Assembly: GCF_902652985.1 (NCBI RefSeq)
Contig: NC_047030.1
Span: 21,514,001 to 21,578,000 of the forward strand
From: Pecten maximus
Lineage: Eukaryota
Direction: 5' to 3'
DNA length: 64,000 nt
A program made the position numbers and the translations under genes. How positions within the stretch are numbered: the first letter of the stretch is position 1; each line of letters starts with the position of its first letter. The notes beneath the pieces are model-generated. The model searched no databases. It had not been told where the DNA came from and worked only from the letters and a program-made list of their open reading frames with translations. Shown in pieces: positions 39,401-55,878 of the stretch.

Positions 39401-42400
39401 GATAAAATAGTTTACAAATGTTACAAAGTTCTCACGTTTGACCGTGAGTTGAATATCTTTTAACACTTGAATCATATCTTAAAATTCATGAAATCAAACA
39501 AATCAAGGATAATAATTGATATATTTTATAATATTACTGACTGATATTTTTGATTTTGAAAATGTGCCACCTGCATATCTGGATCTTCCAAGACCTCTGC
39601 CGTAACGAGACCGGTCAGTATGCTGTTGGTGATTCCAAATAAGGCATTGGCCGCCACCGTGATGTCGAACGTTATTGACGTTGCCAGGGGTAACTACTCC
39701 CTTGTAGTACTGTGTCTTAATATCATCAAGGTCCTGTACCTGTAGTTAATACACAAAATTATTCATAAATGTGTAATCACTGAAATGGACATAATGACGA
39801 TCAGCTTTATGCTATAAAACCATTTCACTTTTCCACTATGTACATAGAGCTAAAGGAAGTGTCTTCTTTCTCCTATATTTAGAGCTTTATTTCTCAAGAA
39901 AGGCATCCGGCAATACAAGCGTGAATTCGGCGTTAATAAGTTTGGACATGAAATATACTTCAGACATACCAAGGTTTGTTTTCAATATCACGATGTCCGT
40001 GACAGATGTCTACTAACGCAAAATATCTTACAAAAGATATTTTCGAGAGGTCTACCTTTATTGAGAAAATGGAGTTTCATTATCGTCATCATGACTTCAT
40101 TTGTAAATGTTTGACATAGTTGATGCTCTTAATTTCGACGGCCATCTTGCCACTGCCAATAGCCGACCAATGAAATCACGGTTTACAAAACTTGAACAGC
40201 AAGTAGCAAGATGGCCGTCGACTTGACACTGATACCTGTCGATGCAGAAAACAACCATGGGGAGCACGAGAGGAGAAATGGAATGAAGAGTTAGACAAGT
40301 AAATAAGTTTGTTTTGACCTCATATTTGTTAACACCAAACTCTGTGATTGTAGACCGTCACGTTTATCTGTGTAGCGAATAGACATTTTCATTTGAAAAA
40401 AATGGTCTCGATCGTGTCCGACTAAAGAAAATTCATCACTTTTCAGAGTTTCGAAGCTGCGTGTGAAAGAAATAGACTATTTATGTATGATTTCTTGGTG
40501 TCATGTTAAAGGTTACTATCTTAACTTTTGATTAAGACTATCGCCATTGAAAAATCTTTTCTGGTAAAATTTTGACGACACTTTGAGTGAAATTGACCCA
40601 TTTTTGCCGGACGGAGGAGTTCCAGACCTTTCTCCATATATCAGTCTATAATCGGTCTTGGACTTATAAACGTGCTTAGCACCTATGGTCTCGTAAACGA
40701 TTTTTGGAAATCTGTACATGTATTATTTTTGTTTAATTTCAATTGGATGCTTTTTAACTTGCACTGTCAGCTTTAAGATAAAAAGTTATAACGTCTTCAG
40801 AATGCTTATGAAATCAGTCGCGCAGTAAGACAGTTTATGGTAATTATATTGAATCATTGTGGTTTCGTCATTCATAGTTTCTATTGTTATAACTAGTGTT
40901 CATGTTGAGAGCTACAAAGTTGACAAAAGATACAGTCAGTACGAACCCATGTTGTAACTAACGCAACATCTTCATTCTTTGACTTTGCCAGTTCGAGGAA
41001 TCTACGCATGTAGACATATGTACGAGTGTCGATGGTATCCACGCGTTTATTCCCGGATAGAGGTCGGTAGGCGTAGTGTTTGATCGCGCTGAATACAGAG
41101 GACAAGTTCGAGTTCCGGGACTGCCAAAGCGCATTGGATTGTGGGAAATCAACGATGCCTTCTTTCAACAGCGACCCCAGACCTAGATTTACGGATGTGT
41201 CGTCAAAGTCTGGAGGTATATGGAACACATGTTCATAACCTGATCTGAAAATAAAAACATACATGTATGTAACAGTACTAAGTTAGGCAGGACGGTGTCG
41301 TGTTAGGAACTTTTGGATTTTAATCAATAATTGTTAACTGAAGAGCGTTAAGAGCATGCCAATATATATATATGTTGATCAATGTACATTCTACATTTCT
41401 ACATATATCTTATATATATATTTAATACATGGGACGTGTATACTATACCAATAATTGCTTTGCAGCAGTATTAACATAATGATATTTTTGTCGTGGATAA
41501 CATATGATTGAAGAAACAGTTTTTGAGTCTACTATTTATGTCTGCCAACAAATATAAAAGATATGATTTATAGAATACTGCAGTCATATTCAATTTGATT
41601 TGCATAAAAGATTGGTGGTCAACAGGGACCTTACCTTGAACCACCAGTATTAGATTTTGATTAATTCAATATGCTACCTAGTTGGAATTAGCTTTGTTTG
41701 AGGGGAGGAGGGGATTACTATTAAACGAATATAGAAAATAGGCTATTTCAAAAGGCAGATTTACTTGGTGGCCAGCAGTCTTTTCATAATATCGACGACG
41801 TCCTTTAGGCCTAGTTTTTCCATCTCAGCATAAACAGCATTCCAGTTGATGAGATCAGTGGCGTTAAACATGGACAGAAGGTTAATAGGAGTGCTGACCC
41901 AACTCTAGAATATACAATCATTGACAGTAAGTTAATGCGCGTGTTGATCCAACTATTGAATATACAAATAATAACAGTAAGTTAATAGGAGTGCTGACCC
42001 AACCCTAGAATATACAGACATCGACAGTAATTTAATGGGAGTGCTCAACCAACCCTGAAATATTTTATCATTGACAGTTAATTTATGGGTGTGAACCTAC
42101 TTCTCTTCCCAATGACTTACTTGATAGGCTTCGTCGTACTCCTGAGGCCAAAATGCCATAATTGAGTTCGTATAGTTGCTGTTCTTTTCGTTGTGATTGT
42201 CCATTAAAATCTGTATTGACATATTTATTTGCTCTTCGGAGGGTTTCGGTGCTTTTCCGTAACGATAAGCTTCCAAAAGACATGATGTAATCCAAGCAGT
42301 TGCAAACATATTATTGTCAAATACTTCGAACTCGTAACGAAGAGCGCTCATGTCGGGGTTTCCATGAAAGTACTGCCTGACATCACTTTCATAGATTCCA

Positions 42401-42570
42401 CGAAATTTCCCCCAGAACACTGGCGGTATTGATGGAACCGTTCTTTGTACCTGCATCAATTTTATTCTTTTGAATAATTCTGTAACTGTCGCTTCCACGT
42501 CACCATTAACTGGATTTAAAACAGCAATGCATCCCAACAGCACCACAAACAACATGACGTTCCTCTCCAT
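36429..42570 (-). CDS. Paralog B of the secreted DxDDT protein, with a 1-nt insertion in exon 4 (sequencing error or young pseudogene)
   Basis: Exons 42570-42121, 41904-41765, 41244-40947, 39739-39571 (169 nt versus 168 in A), 39065-38892, 38624-38472, 38028-37923, 37120-36999 and 36698-36429. All other exon lengths equal paralog A. Confidence 0.8.
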
Positions 42571-44387
42571 GGCTAGAGACCAACAACCAACGACAAACAA
42601 CGCCGGCACTCACGCGTGTATGTGACCACGTCCTGTTGGCAGACGGGTTATATAGAGTTCTTATCTTGGGCACAATCAACACCTTATCATGTACAAAGAG
42701 TCAACATGAGATTTCGATCCATGTTGCCTATTCTTTTCTTTGGTGATTGGTTTTCGGGGTTTTTTTCATTCTTGTTTTATACTTCATATTTCCTATTTTC
42801 TATCAATTTCTCTTTTATTTCATTTGATGTATGTGCTTAAGGTGAAATTGCATTGTATTCATTTCATCAAGAAATCAAGGCATAGAAAGATATAAATCGA
42901 ATGCTGAGACATTTACAAGATATTTATGAGTTGATCTTCGGTCAATCAACAATCGTATGACGTGATTTCCTGGCTGAAATGAATACTAAATCATAACGCT
43001 TAAACTGAATAATTTAGGTCATTTATAATTAAAACTTTCTTAAGACGAACAAGTTTTAACCCAAAATTCGGCCTCCTTATACAGTTTTAAAGCCCTATAA
43101 CGAATTTCCGATATAATGAAAATAAAACGTCACCTGTCACATAGAAATCGTTATAAACAAATTTTTATAAATGAATAATTTTAATATTTTAATATAAATA
43201 CATAATACTTTATACTGAAATTAATGTTTAGACGGCAGGAATGAGTTTAGCCTTGCCTTACATGTTTTCATAATTGGAAGGAAGGTCATAATTGATATGA
43301 CTCATGTAAACGTGGACATCTACTGCGAGAACCTTTCGAAAAATAGATGTTTATCGTACTATACTGCTATCGCGCTAAACATGTCAGGGATTTCTTTCTC
43401 CTTGTGAGTCTTATCATAGAGTTCACCAGGACATTCAGTTCATCCGAACGCAGAATAAAGCCGAGTAGCTTAACGCTTTGATAACATATTTAGCATTTAA
43501 ACTGTACTGAAAAGGCATCACATTTATCAGACCAGCATACTATGAAATATAAGCTTATTGTTTTAGGAGAATATATATGACGTGACTTTGTTTTTCATGA
43601 AAATGCTGTTAAGGTTTAAATATTTTTTTGTTATTAAATCTACCAGCGGTAGTTAAACAGGACTTTGAATATGATTAGATAAAATAACATGCATTTATTA
43701 TAACTATATTTTACAAAAATCTTTAAAAACAACGTTTGATTGCTGTCATGTCTAGTTGCTTGACCATTTTTTCAAACGCCATACTGTGGTTGTTAAACTA
43801 TCAAATCAGGATTACAGTCGTATTGTTGTGCTTCTCTGCTGATGATATAAAAGAACTCCAATGAGCTTTTGATACTTAGCAAAAAACAAACATGTCACAA
43901 ATACATTTCAATATGAAAGATGTTCCTTTCTCAAAGGATACAAGCGGAATGCATATATAAATATATGTACCAAATATTATACCAACTATAACTTTTGACA
44001 ATCTCTAAATTTCTTAAAGATCTTGGTATTGCTAAATTAACCATATGTGAGTATTCCGTCCGTCCTAGTACTTCTTTTTAATGTAAATATTTTTCTTCTT
44101 GTTTTTAATATATTCTCAACCATTAGCCTGGTTTCTTCTTAAAGTTTCCTCAGCCATTGGACGAATTTCTTCTTCTAAATATGTCCTCAACCATTAGTCT
44201 GATTTATTCTTGCTGTTAATGTTTTCTCAACAATTAGACTCGTGTAGTTAATATTTCCTCTTCTATCGGCCTGATTCTTGTTGTTAATGATTTTTCAACT
44301 ATTAAACTGATTTCTTGTTAATGAATCTTCAACATGAGACTGATATCTTGCTATTAATGTTGCCTCAACTATTAGACAGATTTCTTG

Positions 44388-44746
44388 TTATTCAAGGATT
44401 AACATCAATTATTTTTTCTGTTATACAGTCATAACAGAAAAAACTGGAGTGTACTCTAAATAAACCGCGAAGCGGTTTATGAAGAGAGTACACTCCAGTT
44501 TTTTTATGTTATGACTGTATAACAGAAAAAATAATTAATGTTAATTCTTATAATTTAATTTCGTCTTATACACACCAAGATATTTCACTTTCTTTGGCGA
44601 ACTCTTTTCTGTGATAAATTATTACGCAACGTCATCAGCCAATCAAAAATGACGTTACCTTTCGCAACGTCAAAAATTTTGTTATGGAGGTATAACAAAA
44701 TTATTTCAGCCAATGAAAATGCGTGTTTCATACAAAATTAAATTAT
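44388..44746. mobile_element. Non-autonomous element with a ~70-bp-arm palindrome centred on GCGAAGC, inserted in a decayed ~33 bp tandem array
   Basis: Inverted arms at 44399-44468 and 44472-44544; flanking direct repeat at 44322-44387 and 44747-44812. Confidence 0.7.
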
Positions 44747-45513
44747 TGAATCTTCAACATGAGACTGATTTCTTGCTATTAATGTTGCCTCAACTATAAA
44801 ACTGATTTCTTGCTGTTTATATGTCCTCAATCATTAAACAGACTTCTTCGCTATCGAGCACATCAAATGAATGAAATCGACAAAAGCAAGATAAATCCAT
44901 AAAACTTCTTAAACACAAAAATTTAGAACAGATAAAAAATATAGAACTTGCTCCCTTAAATAGTGCTTTGCTTAACAATGCGCAAAAACCCGTCAAATTA
45001 GAGTGTTGTTTTTATTACTCAGGGGAAATATATTTAATTTTGGATGTAGCTTTGCTGCAACAAAAATAAAAAATATGTGTCTAATAATTATACAAAAGAC
45101 ATCTACTTCCACCTTGGAAGATGAATTTAATGATATAGATACCGGTTTTTCGTCAGAGATACTAAAATTGTGAAAAACCAGTAGATAGACTATGGAAATC
45201 AATACAAAGGTACAGTTATTTTTATAATCAATATTACAAATGTTGCAAAGTTTCAAAAGATCATGAAATGTATGTATTTTGAATCAATTTCCACTGCTCA
45301 TAAGAATTGTAGTCTGTAGAATTTAATATGCAGAGTTACGGCAAATTATTGGGGCTTCGAATCCGACAGCGAAACTTACCATCAAAAACAAATTCTGAAA
45401 TTATTTCAGTACTTTATTGATCTTTTTGTTATGTCAGGTCTTTATTAGCGAGACATTTTGATAAAGCACTGTACTGGCCAGTCCAATGTTATTTCTTTAG
45501 CTGGTCGGTCAAG

Positions 45514-48448
<2,935 letters not shown>

Positions 48449-49822
48449 TAGAATCTGATTAGAGATAGACAGATATAAAACATTTAAGGAATTGAAACAA
48501 AATAAGACATAAAAGTAGCATTTTACGGAATTCCTTCATTGTATTAAATGTTCATCGCTAATATGTTTAATGTATAACCAACACGCATTACTATGCCGTA
48601 TAGCATTCTATCAATCTCCCGATTTTAAATGAAACTTTTAATATACACTACAAGTAAGATAGCAATTATGATAACACAAAATTCAGACATTGAAAGCAAT
48701 AATGCTTCCGAAAATTAGCACAAATATAGATATTTTAAACAATCAAAAAACCGTCTCCAATGATTGTTGGAGTTTGGAGACAATATGGGAATCCAGCATG
48801 AAATTGCGGGCAGAACAAATAAAGGAATTTAAAAAATCAATTTAAGATATCTAAAAAAAAAATTCCATTCCAGTGATTGTTGGAGCTTGGAGCCAATGTG
48901 GAAATCCAGTAGAAAATTACAACCGAAACAACTAATGAAGGCTTGATGTACAGACTACATAATTCTTATCAGCTCGATAAACTTGGAAACTGGGTTACTA
49001 TTCCAGAAATCAGTAAATTAAAACCTTTGTCACTATGCATAAGAATGTATGTGTTATTTGCACGGTTACCGTGAAACCCTGTAACTAAAATTCAATTTAA
49101 GAATGAACTCAAAGTTTACTCCTCTTTGGCATAATCCTCAAAGTATTGCACAAAAGGCACATGAATGGCGGCTTTAGATATAGACTTGGTGAAATATACA
49201 TTTAAAGTCGCATAAAAAATCCAGCATTGCTCATAAGGCGCCATGATTCAAAAATCCAGAGATGCTAGGAAAGTTGAAATATACCTATAGATATATATAT
49301 ATATGAAAACAATAGGAGAGAAAGTATATTGTTTATATTATAATTACATCGTTGTATTGTTATATTAATTTATACCGTGGGAGTTCTATTATTTTAACAG
49401 AAATATCCGGATATTGATTTTTTTAATGTTTTCAATTGTCATTTATATTTACGTTATATATATTACAGATATATAGTGTCTGCTTTCATCAACAATGATT
49501 TTATTGGTCGATTATATCCTGTGATTTGATAGATGTTATGAACGAATTCAACACCCTAAAAACTCGGAAATAAGACGTGGTTTATTTTCTTCATTAATGA
49601 TGCACTTCGGGCTTATTTTTTAGACTGATTTTAAAATAAGATAGCCAATTGCGACAGGCGGCCATTTTTTTGTCAGTGAAAGGTTGTTAATAAAAACTAT
49701 TTCTCAGAAAAGTTTTCAATATATATGATTATGATCTATATCAAACAATTCTTAATCTATTGTTTCACTTCTATTGTACACCCTTAAGAAGTAAAACTTT
49801 CAGATATGCAATTAAAACTTAC

Positions 49823-49922
49823 CCGTGTATAAACAGGATGAGGGGAGCACTTCCACTAGATGCGCTGGCCTGGAGAAGTCGGTACTGAGCAGTTTTACAA
49901 TGACAGTCTTCACCTTTATATA
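49823..49922 (-). promoter_or_regulatory. Core promoter and non-coding first exon of the collagen-like gene
   Basis: TATATAAAG at 49922-49914, Inr TCAGT at 49888-49884, then an ATG-free ~64 nt exon ending G|gtaagt at 49823. A matching acceptor lies at 48455. Confidence 0.7.
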
Positions 49923-52371
49923 GATAGACAACAAACCCGAACCCGTCATATGGCGCACCGAAACCACGCATCTGTTTCTTAGGGCCATGGGCACCGACCG
50001 CTGGAGACGGGGGTTTATATTCTGGGAAGCATAGCTCCTTACTGCATGTTTGGAGCCGAGTCTGGGGAATCACGCCACCTAAACCAAGGGCGATCTCTGT
50101 GTGGCCCACTATAGCTTGATGGCCGTTTTTCCATTGTATTTGTATAATGAACATTAAATTGGGATCCATTTCAATATTTTTCTTCTTTTTATTTCTTTTT
50201 TTTTTTACTCATTTTCGGGAAATGTGTGCTTTACAAGCCTTTGGTTGATGACCAATTAAAACTTATAACATTGACATCGTTGATACTTTCCTGCAATTAG
50301 ATACACTTTGTTTACTAAGAGTCTTGTGTTTGTTTGTGTTTTGATTACATCATAAAATTGGTACGGTGGTATTACAGGCGTGTACTTATAGAAACAAAAA
50401 TATTAGCCTCTACTCTTCGTAAGAGTAAAGGGCTATTTTTCTGTTTATACAGACCAGAAGTGAACGCCTGCTGTGGTGTTTTATGTATGTATGTTTTTCT
50501 TCTCTCTGATTTTTGTGTATAAAGTGTAGACAGATTCGTTTGAAGTGTTAGGTTTTGTCAATGCATTAGAAACATAAGAGGTTGGGAAGATATATAACGC
50601 TACTGATAAAAATGTCGATTGTCATAGATAAATTGATTAATTTGTCTGTAAAACTCTTGATGTTATATTTAATGAATAAAGACTTTTGATAAGCGAAACG
50701 TTTTAATGGTATTTTTTTTTCTAATTTCCTGGCCATTGACTTTCTTTTTTTAATAAATACTCTCCTAATAACTTTAATAACAAATCAACGGAAAATTGTT
50801 TAGTCCAGTTTAATTTTATAATTTACGTATCTAGGAATTACATTTTGCTAAGTATGTACTTTTAAAATACAAGGGATGTGTTATTAGCCTGTTCGTCTAC
50901 ATGTGGTAACTGAAGATCCACCGCAAGCGGCTACACTGGCGTCCTGACGCCTTCTGGGATATCTTGACACGCCAAAGTCTTGGGAAGTGGTTTACCGCTT
51001 AATTACCGCAAGGGCGGCGTGGAGGGGAGGGCGGCATACCCCAGTATGTTCTATACATTTCACCAAGCGGGTTCGATTACACTGCCATAAATAAAAGAAC
51101 TATACACAATCGATTGACTTGTTGAAATATTAGAAGTGCATCAATTATTTATAAATTTCAACTTTGCAATTTCTTGAAGATCATTAATTTGTCATTGAGC
51201 TTTTTTTTTTTTTTTAGATAAATAACCGACCTCGATGAAGTTTCCGGGAGTTTTATGGGAGGAACCGATTTCCAAAGATGTTCCGAAAATGCATAAAAAA
51301 CTTTTTGAAGATGAACCATAACATTACACTATGAACAACCCCTTCCAAAATTTTTGTTATTTTGTGAAAATGTTCTCTCTGTTTAACAAAAATTCTAAAA
51401 AGACATACACACCAAAAAATGCACGAGAACAAGTCGATCATAATGAAGTAAGCTCACAGTATCTGAAAGTGCCTTGAAAACAAACGTGGCCAGCGTTTTA
51501 ACCGACTGACCTATCGCGGCCAATTTTAATGTGGTACTCGGTTAACTCGAATACTCGGATAACTCGAAGTTTTTTTCACGATCCCGATGACTTCGAGTTA
51601 ACGAGGTTTGACCGTATAAGAAAACCGTGGGTATCCGACGATGAGTAAAACGGTGCCTTTTCATAAGCTGGTTTTTTTATTTCATAAAATGGGCAGATTT
51701 GTATTTTTCACATCAAAATTTTAAAATAGTAAAACTTCGCCTCACATCCCCAACAAAAACCGTCCTAATAAAGATTGTTTTTATGATTTATAAACATTTC
51801 AATCAGTAGTTGTTTATCTCCGTCGTGGTAATATACACGCGTCGTTACGAATGTAATTAAACGTTACTGAGAAATACATAATATTATGTTTTTACATTCT
51901 CGATGTCCCCACCAGACCGTCCCAGTGAAAGGTTTTGAGCAATAAAAACCATTTTAATCTCATTCGGGATGCTAACTGTCCAAATAAAAGATGCCTTTTA
52001 GGATTTATAACAATTTCAAGCAGTATAGCTTTTATTTCTTTGCCGTGTATATGATTAAATTAGAAATAAATAACAAAATCACTTGACACCACTAGGAAGT
52101 CACATACAAGGGTGAATATTGTATCCTTAGTATTCACTTGACATCACTAATGAGTATTGTTCTTATGGCAAGCCAATTTAAGCTATCATTTATTCATGGA
52201 GCAATGCTGATCCAATAATCAATCAAATTATATAATCATGCCTATATATAAGATATCTTATAAAATATATAGAGGATATCTAACAGTAGATTCAGTAGAT
52301 TCTAATACCAAAGATATTTCATGAGTGGGACTATTTTTTTCAATTTAATGTGACAGTCCTGGTGGGAAACT

Positions 52372-52567
52372 AGCCCCCGAAGGCACGTGGTAATACATTT
52401 ACCAATCTGTGCGCATGTTTTATTAATATGTGCATACGTGCACAGCTAGATTGCTAAAACGAGCGCACAGATTACGAAAACGTGCGCACAGATTGACAAT
52501 CTGTGTGCACAGATTACTAAGACGTGCTCACAGATTGGTAAATATGTTACCATGTCCCTTCGGAGGG
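52372..52567. mobile_element. MITE with ~35-40 bp terminal inverted repeats and internal ~21 bp tandem repeats
   Basis: ccgaaggcacgtggtaatacatttaccaatctgtg ... cacagattggtaaatatgttaccatgtcccttcgg. Confidence 0.7.
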
Positions 52568-52939
52568 AAACGGTTAAAATCAGGAAATATTTTGTCCTAT
52601 TTAATTAATGTATAATGATCTATAACCACAGGGACATTGAGACGGATCACATATTAACCTTCAGTACTGATGTGGTCACTATATTTTTCTACATCTAATT
52701 AACTATCATATTTAGATATGTATGTAATAGTACACTTCTTTTCCTACTATCGTTTTTAACAGGAGCACTTTGTTGTAGACTCGTCAGTGTCAAAATGATA
52801 AAGCGCAATAAGGGAAGTAAACCAAATCAGCCGCTTTACCAGGGGAGACAATCCCAATGATTACAAATCGATGAACACGACCAGCTTTGGCAGCTAGGCC
52901 TATAGTATCGAACTTGAAATGTAGTGTTTATGGCCCCAA

Positions 52940-54144
52940 ATGGCCGATATCACATTTGATGATTTCATTTTTGAAATTATGGAAGCCGGAGGAGATTTAA
53001 GAGAAGCCGTCAACAATTTCGAGATCGAAAAGGTTGAGGTTTTGTTGGAATCTGGACAATATAATGTGAACGAGCAAGACGGAAGTGGTCGGACTGTTCT
53101 GTTTATACCGGTGTGTCGAGGACAGGCCATCCTTGTAAGGTTGTTGATCGAACATGGAGCTGATGTGCGTGTCCTTGACAGCAATGATAACTCGCCTTTA
53201 CACTGGTGTGGGAATGCCGACGTCCTGGAATTATTGGTCGCCTATGGCGGAGACGTTACTCAGCGGTCTGTATCATTTAATTATTGAACAATGTATCCTA
53301 TTTTGACGGATACACTACAGATACTCGCCTCGTCTGTCAATAAATACCCTTGCTATTATGATTATATATTAAGTGTGTCTATCTTTGTTACATTTTTACC
53401 AGTGAAATATCGAAAATTATTCATTCTATAAAAGTGATATTTTCACTAGTGAAAAATGTCAGTTTTTCTGATATTTACAAATATCACTTTTTCTTATTTG
53501 ACCAATCTAAACACTGCTTAAGAAGACAATGGGAAAAACTTAAAGCTGATCCGGTAAATTTTGCTATAAAATGTAATAAAATGAATATCTAACAGTATCT
53601 TCAGTAATACCACATTATATTTTACCCGTGAAAAATATCAAAATATTAGCCCCACTCGTGAAATATATTTGGTATTACAAGTCTCTGGTATTACTGAAGG
53701 CACTGTTAGACATCCTCAGTTGTCAGTTTGAAATTTAATATGTAGAAAATGAAATTAATTAACTTTGTTCCTCATAAATTAGCATCCTGCTCCACCCCTT
53801 CACTACTGAAACGGTCCATGGTTGATCTATCCATGTTTGATAATATCATTATTTCTTTTTGCAGAAACAAGCTGGGATTAACACCAAGAGATATGGCTTC
53901 AAGGCGTGGAGTAGCTCCATACATCCTCGATACATTTTCACACATGGAGAAGCAAACCCAAAAAAAGGAAAAGACTGAATCTAGCGTTTCCGTTTTTCAG
54001 GAATTCAGCAATGATATTGGTCTTCGCAATCTCTGTCTGCTAGTTGCAGGAATTTTCTTCTTGTCACTGCAGTTTGCCTATATAATCACAGGTGCTTCAA
54101 GACAGTTGGAAATAATGGAGCCATTAACATTCTCTAGTGGATGA
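52940..54144 (+). CDS. ANKRD46: Ankyrin repeat domain-containing protein 46, ~201 aa, 2 coding exons
   Basis: Exons 52940-53265 and 53865-54144. LLESG..N..D..GRT, LHWCG, TP..MASRRGV, QEFSNDIG plus a C-terminal transmembrane segment mirror human ANKRD46. Confidence 0.88.
53385..53718. mobile_element. Decayed palindromic non-autonomous DNA element in the ANKRD46 intron
   Basis: Inverted pair atatctaacagtatcttcagtaatacc / ggtattactgaaggcactgttagacatcc; related fragment at ~52270-52330. Confidence 0.55.
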
Positions 54145-54854
54145 CCAGCTGGAATCTGGAATCTTGAAGGGAATGCATACATTTTTTGCTTGCAGTCAAT
54201 GAAAGTGGTTGAAGAGCCATGTGATTGTGTTTGAACATCTAGTCATGTGATAAAGAGGGAATGTCACTTCTACTTGCATTCAGATCGTGTTCTAGTAAAG
54301 CCAACTTTTGATGAGTCATTCAATTTGTAACACAGTTAGCTAAGACTAAAAGTTGTGACTATATCGTTCCAGCATTGTGGTAAAAAGATAATGCTGTACT
54401 GACATTAGCATTGTTGAATAAATCTGTACATACAAAAAAAATTCAACACAGCAACTGATGATATACATTGTATAGTGAAAGTTAAGTTTTTGACAACTTT
54501 AACAGAAATTTGTAATCTTACAAATGCAATATACATATTAGTACAAACTTACTCCAGATTTTAAGAAACTTAAAAACAATTTATAAATACCTGAACTAGG
54601 ACTGAATTTGTAACCAAGAGTCAGTGATTCAAGGCAAAAAACTTTGTTATATTACTTATTCATATTTGATATAACTGGGCATTGAAGCTTTTCAGGAAAT
54701 GTGAATTATTTTGCTAAAGCTTTATATAGATTTATCAATTTAATGGGTAATGAAACTCATTTGTAAATAAATAAAGTTATAGTAGATGTGTTTTTCAATG
54801 GTTTTAGACGCTCCCTACCCATGTCGGTTTGTGTTTCCCAGGAAGCTGAGAAAC

Positions 54855-55035
54855 TGGCAAGTCTGTGCTGTCGTGCTTGTGTCCTTGGGCAAGACACTTT
54901 ACCCTAATTACTCTGGATGGCATGTGATGGGCCTCCCGTATGTTGTTAAGTGAGGTAGTCACTAACTACTACAAGAGAGCGCTGCCTCAAATGACCCTGG
55001 CTGTTCACGGGGGATAAAACCAGCAACAAACAAGA
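54855..55035 (+). mobile_element. 5'-truncated CORE-type SINE
   Basis: CORE-like tgtgtccttgggcaagacactttaccct; tail aaatgaccctggctgtt...aacaaacaa. Confidence 0.7.
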
Positions 55036-55347
55036 CATAACCTTTCTCAACTGGTTCACTGCTTATAGAAACAAGTACACAACAAACAAAATACAGCTGG
55101 GATGTCATCTATTTCTAATCGTGTCCCTTACCAAGCAGAAACTGAGGCATCACCTGTAGCCATCCAATAAGCAGAACCTGTAGGTGTCCAATAAGCAGAA
55201 CCTGTAGGTGTCCAATAAGCAGAACCTGTAGGTGTCCAATAAGCACACAATGCATGCACTTATATGACAGCTACAGGTATTAAACTCATTGGATGGCTAT
55301 AGGGAAGATTTTGAATGGCCACACATGCTAGACCACATGGAAAACAA

Positions 55348-55567
55348 GGGGCCGAGTGGTTAAGGTGTCCCGACACTAAAACACTAGCCCTCCACCTCTG
55401 GGTTGCGAGTTCGAAACCAACGTGGGGCAGTTGCCAGGTACTGACTGTAGGCCGGTGGTTTTTCTCCGGGTACTCCGGCTTTCCTCCACCTCCAAAAAAC
55501 CAGGCACGTCCTTAAATGACCCTGGCTGTTAATAGGACGTTAAACAAAAACAAACCAAACAAACCAA
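55348..55567 (+). mobile_element. V-type tRNA-derived SINE with 13-bp target-site duplication
   Basis: A box GGCCGAGTGG; B box GAGTTCGAAACC; ttctccgggtactccggctttcctcc; TSD acatggaaaacaa at 55335-55347 and 55568-55580. Confidence 0.9.
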
Positions 55568-55878
55568 ACATGGAAAACAAAGCAAAATTTGGCAATAGAA
55601 CAGTATGTAAACAAAGGATAATTTAATGTGAAGATATGCTAGCTGCTTCAGACTATCAAATATTTCACATAATAGACTGTTTTCATCTCGTGTCCTTTAC
55701 TTAACTGGCTGACGGGCAACCATCTTTGATTGAAGCAGTTAAGTTTATTGATATTTCTCGAGAAGTACTGGAAGTGTATTTGACAAAATTTGATGTGTAG
55801 GTTTCCCTCAGTCCCTAGTTGTGCCTGTTCAGTTTTTAGGCTAATTGAGAAATCAAAATGGCCAACAGACAGCCATCT

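Noticed and set aside
40130-40776. Possible Kolobok-like insertion in paralog B intron 3
   Set aside because: Only one TTAA-flanked end and an internal inverted repeat are visible; the boundaries cannot be defined.
49819-50169. 116-aa ORF
   Set aside because: It overlaps the TATA/Inr and its stop lies in the gtaagt donor; better explained as promoter plus non-coding exon.
55348-55420. tRNA gene
   Set aside because: The A/B boxes belong to a SINE head, with body, tail and TSD.
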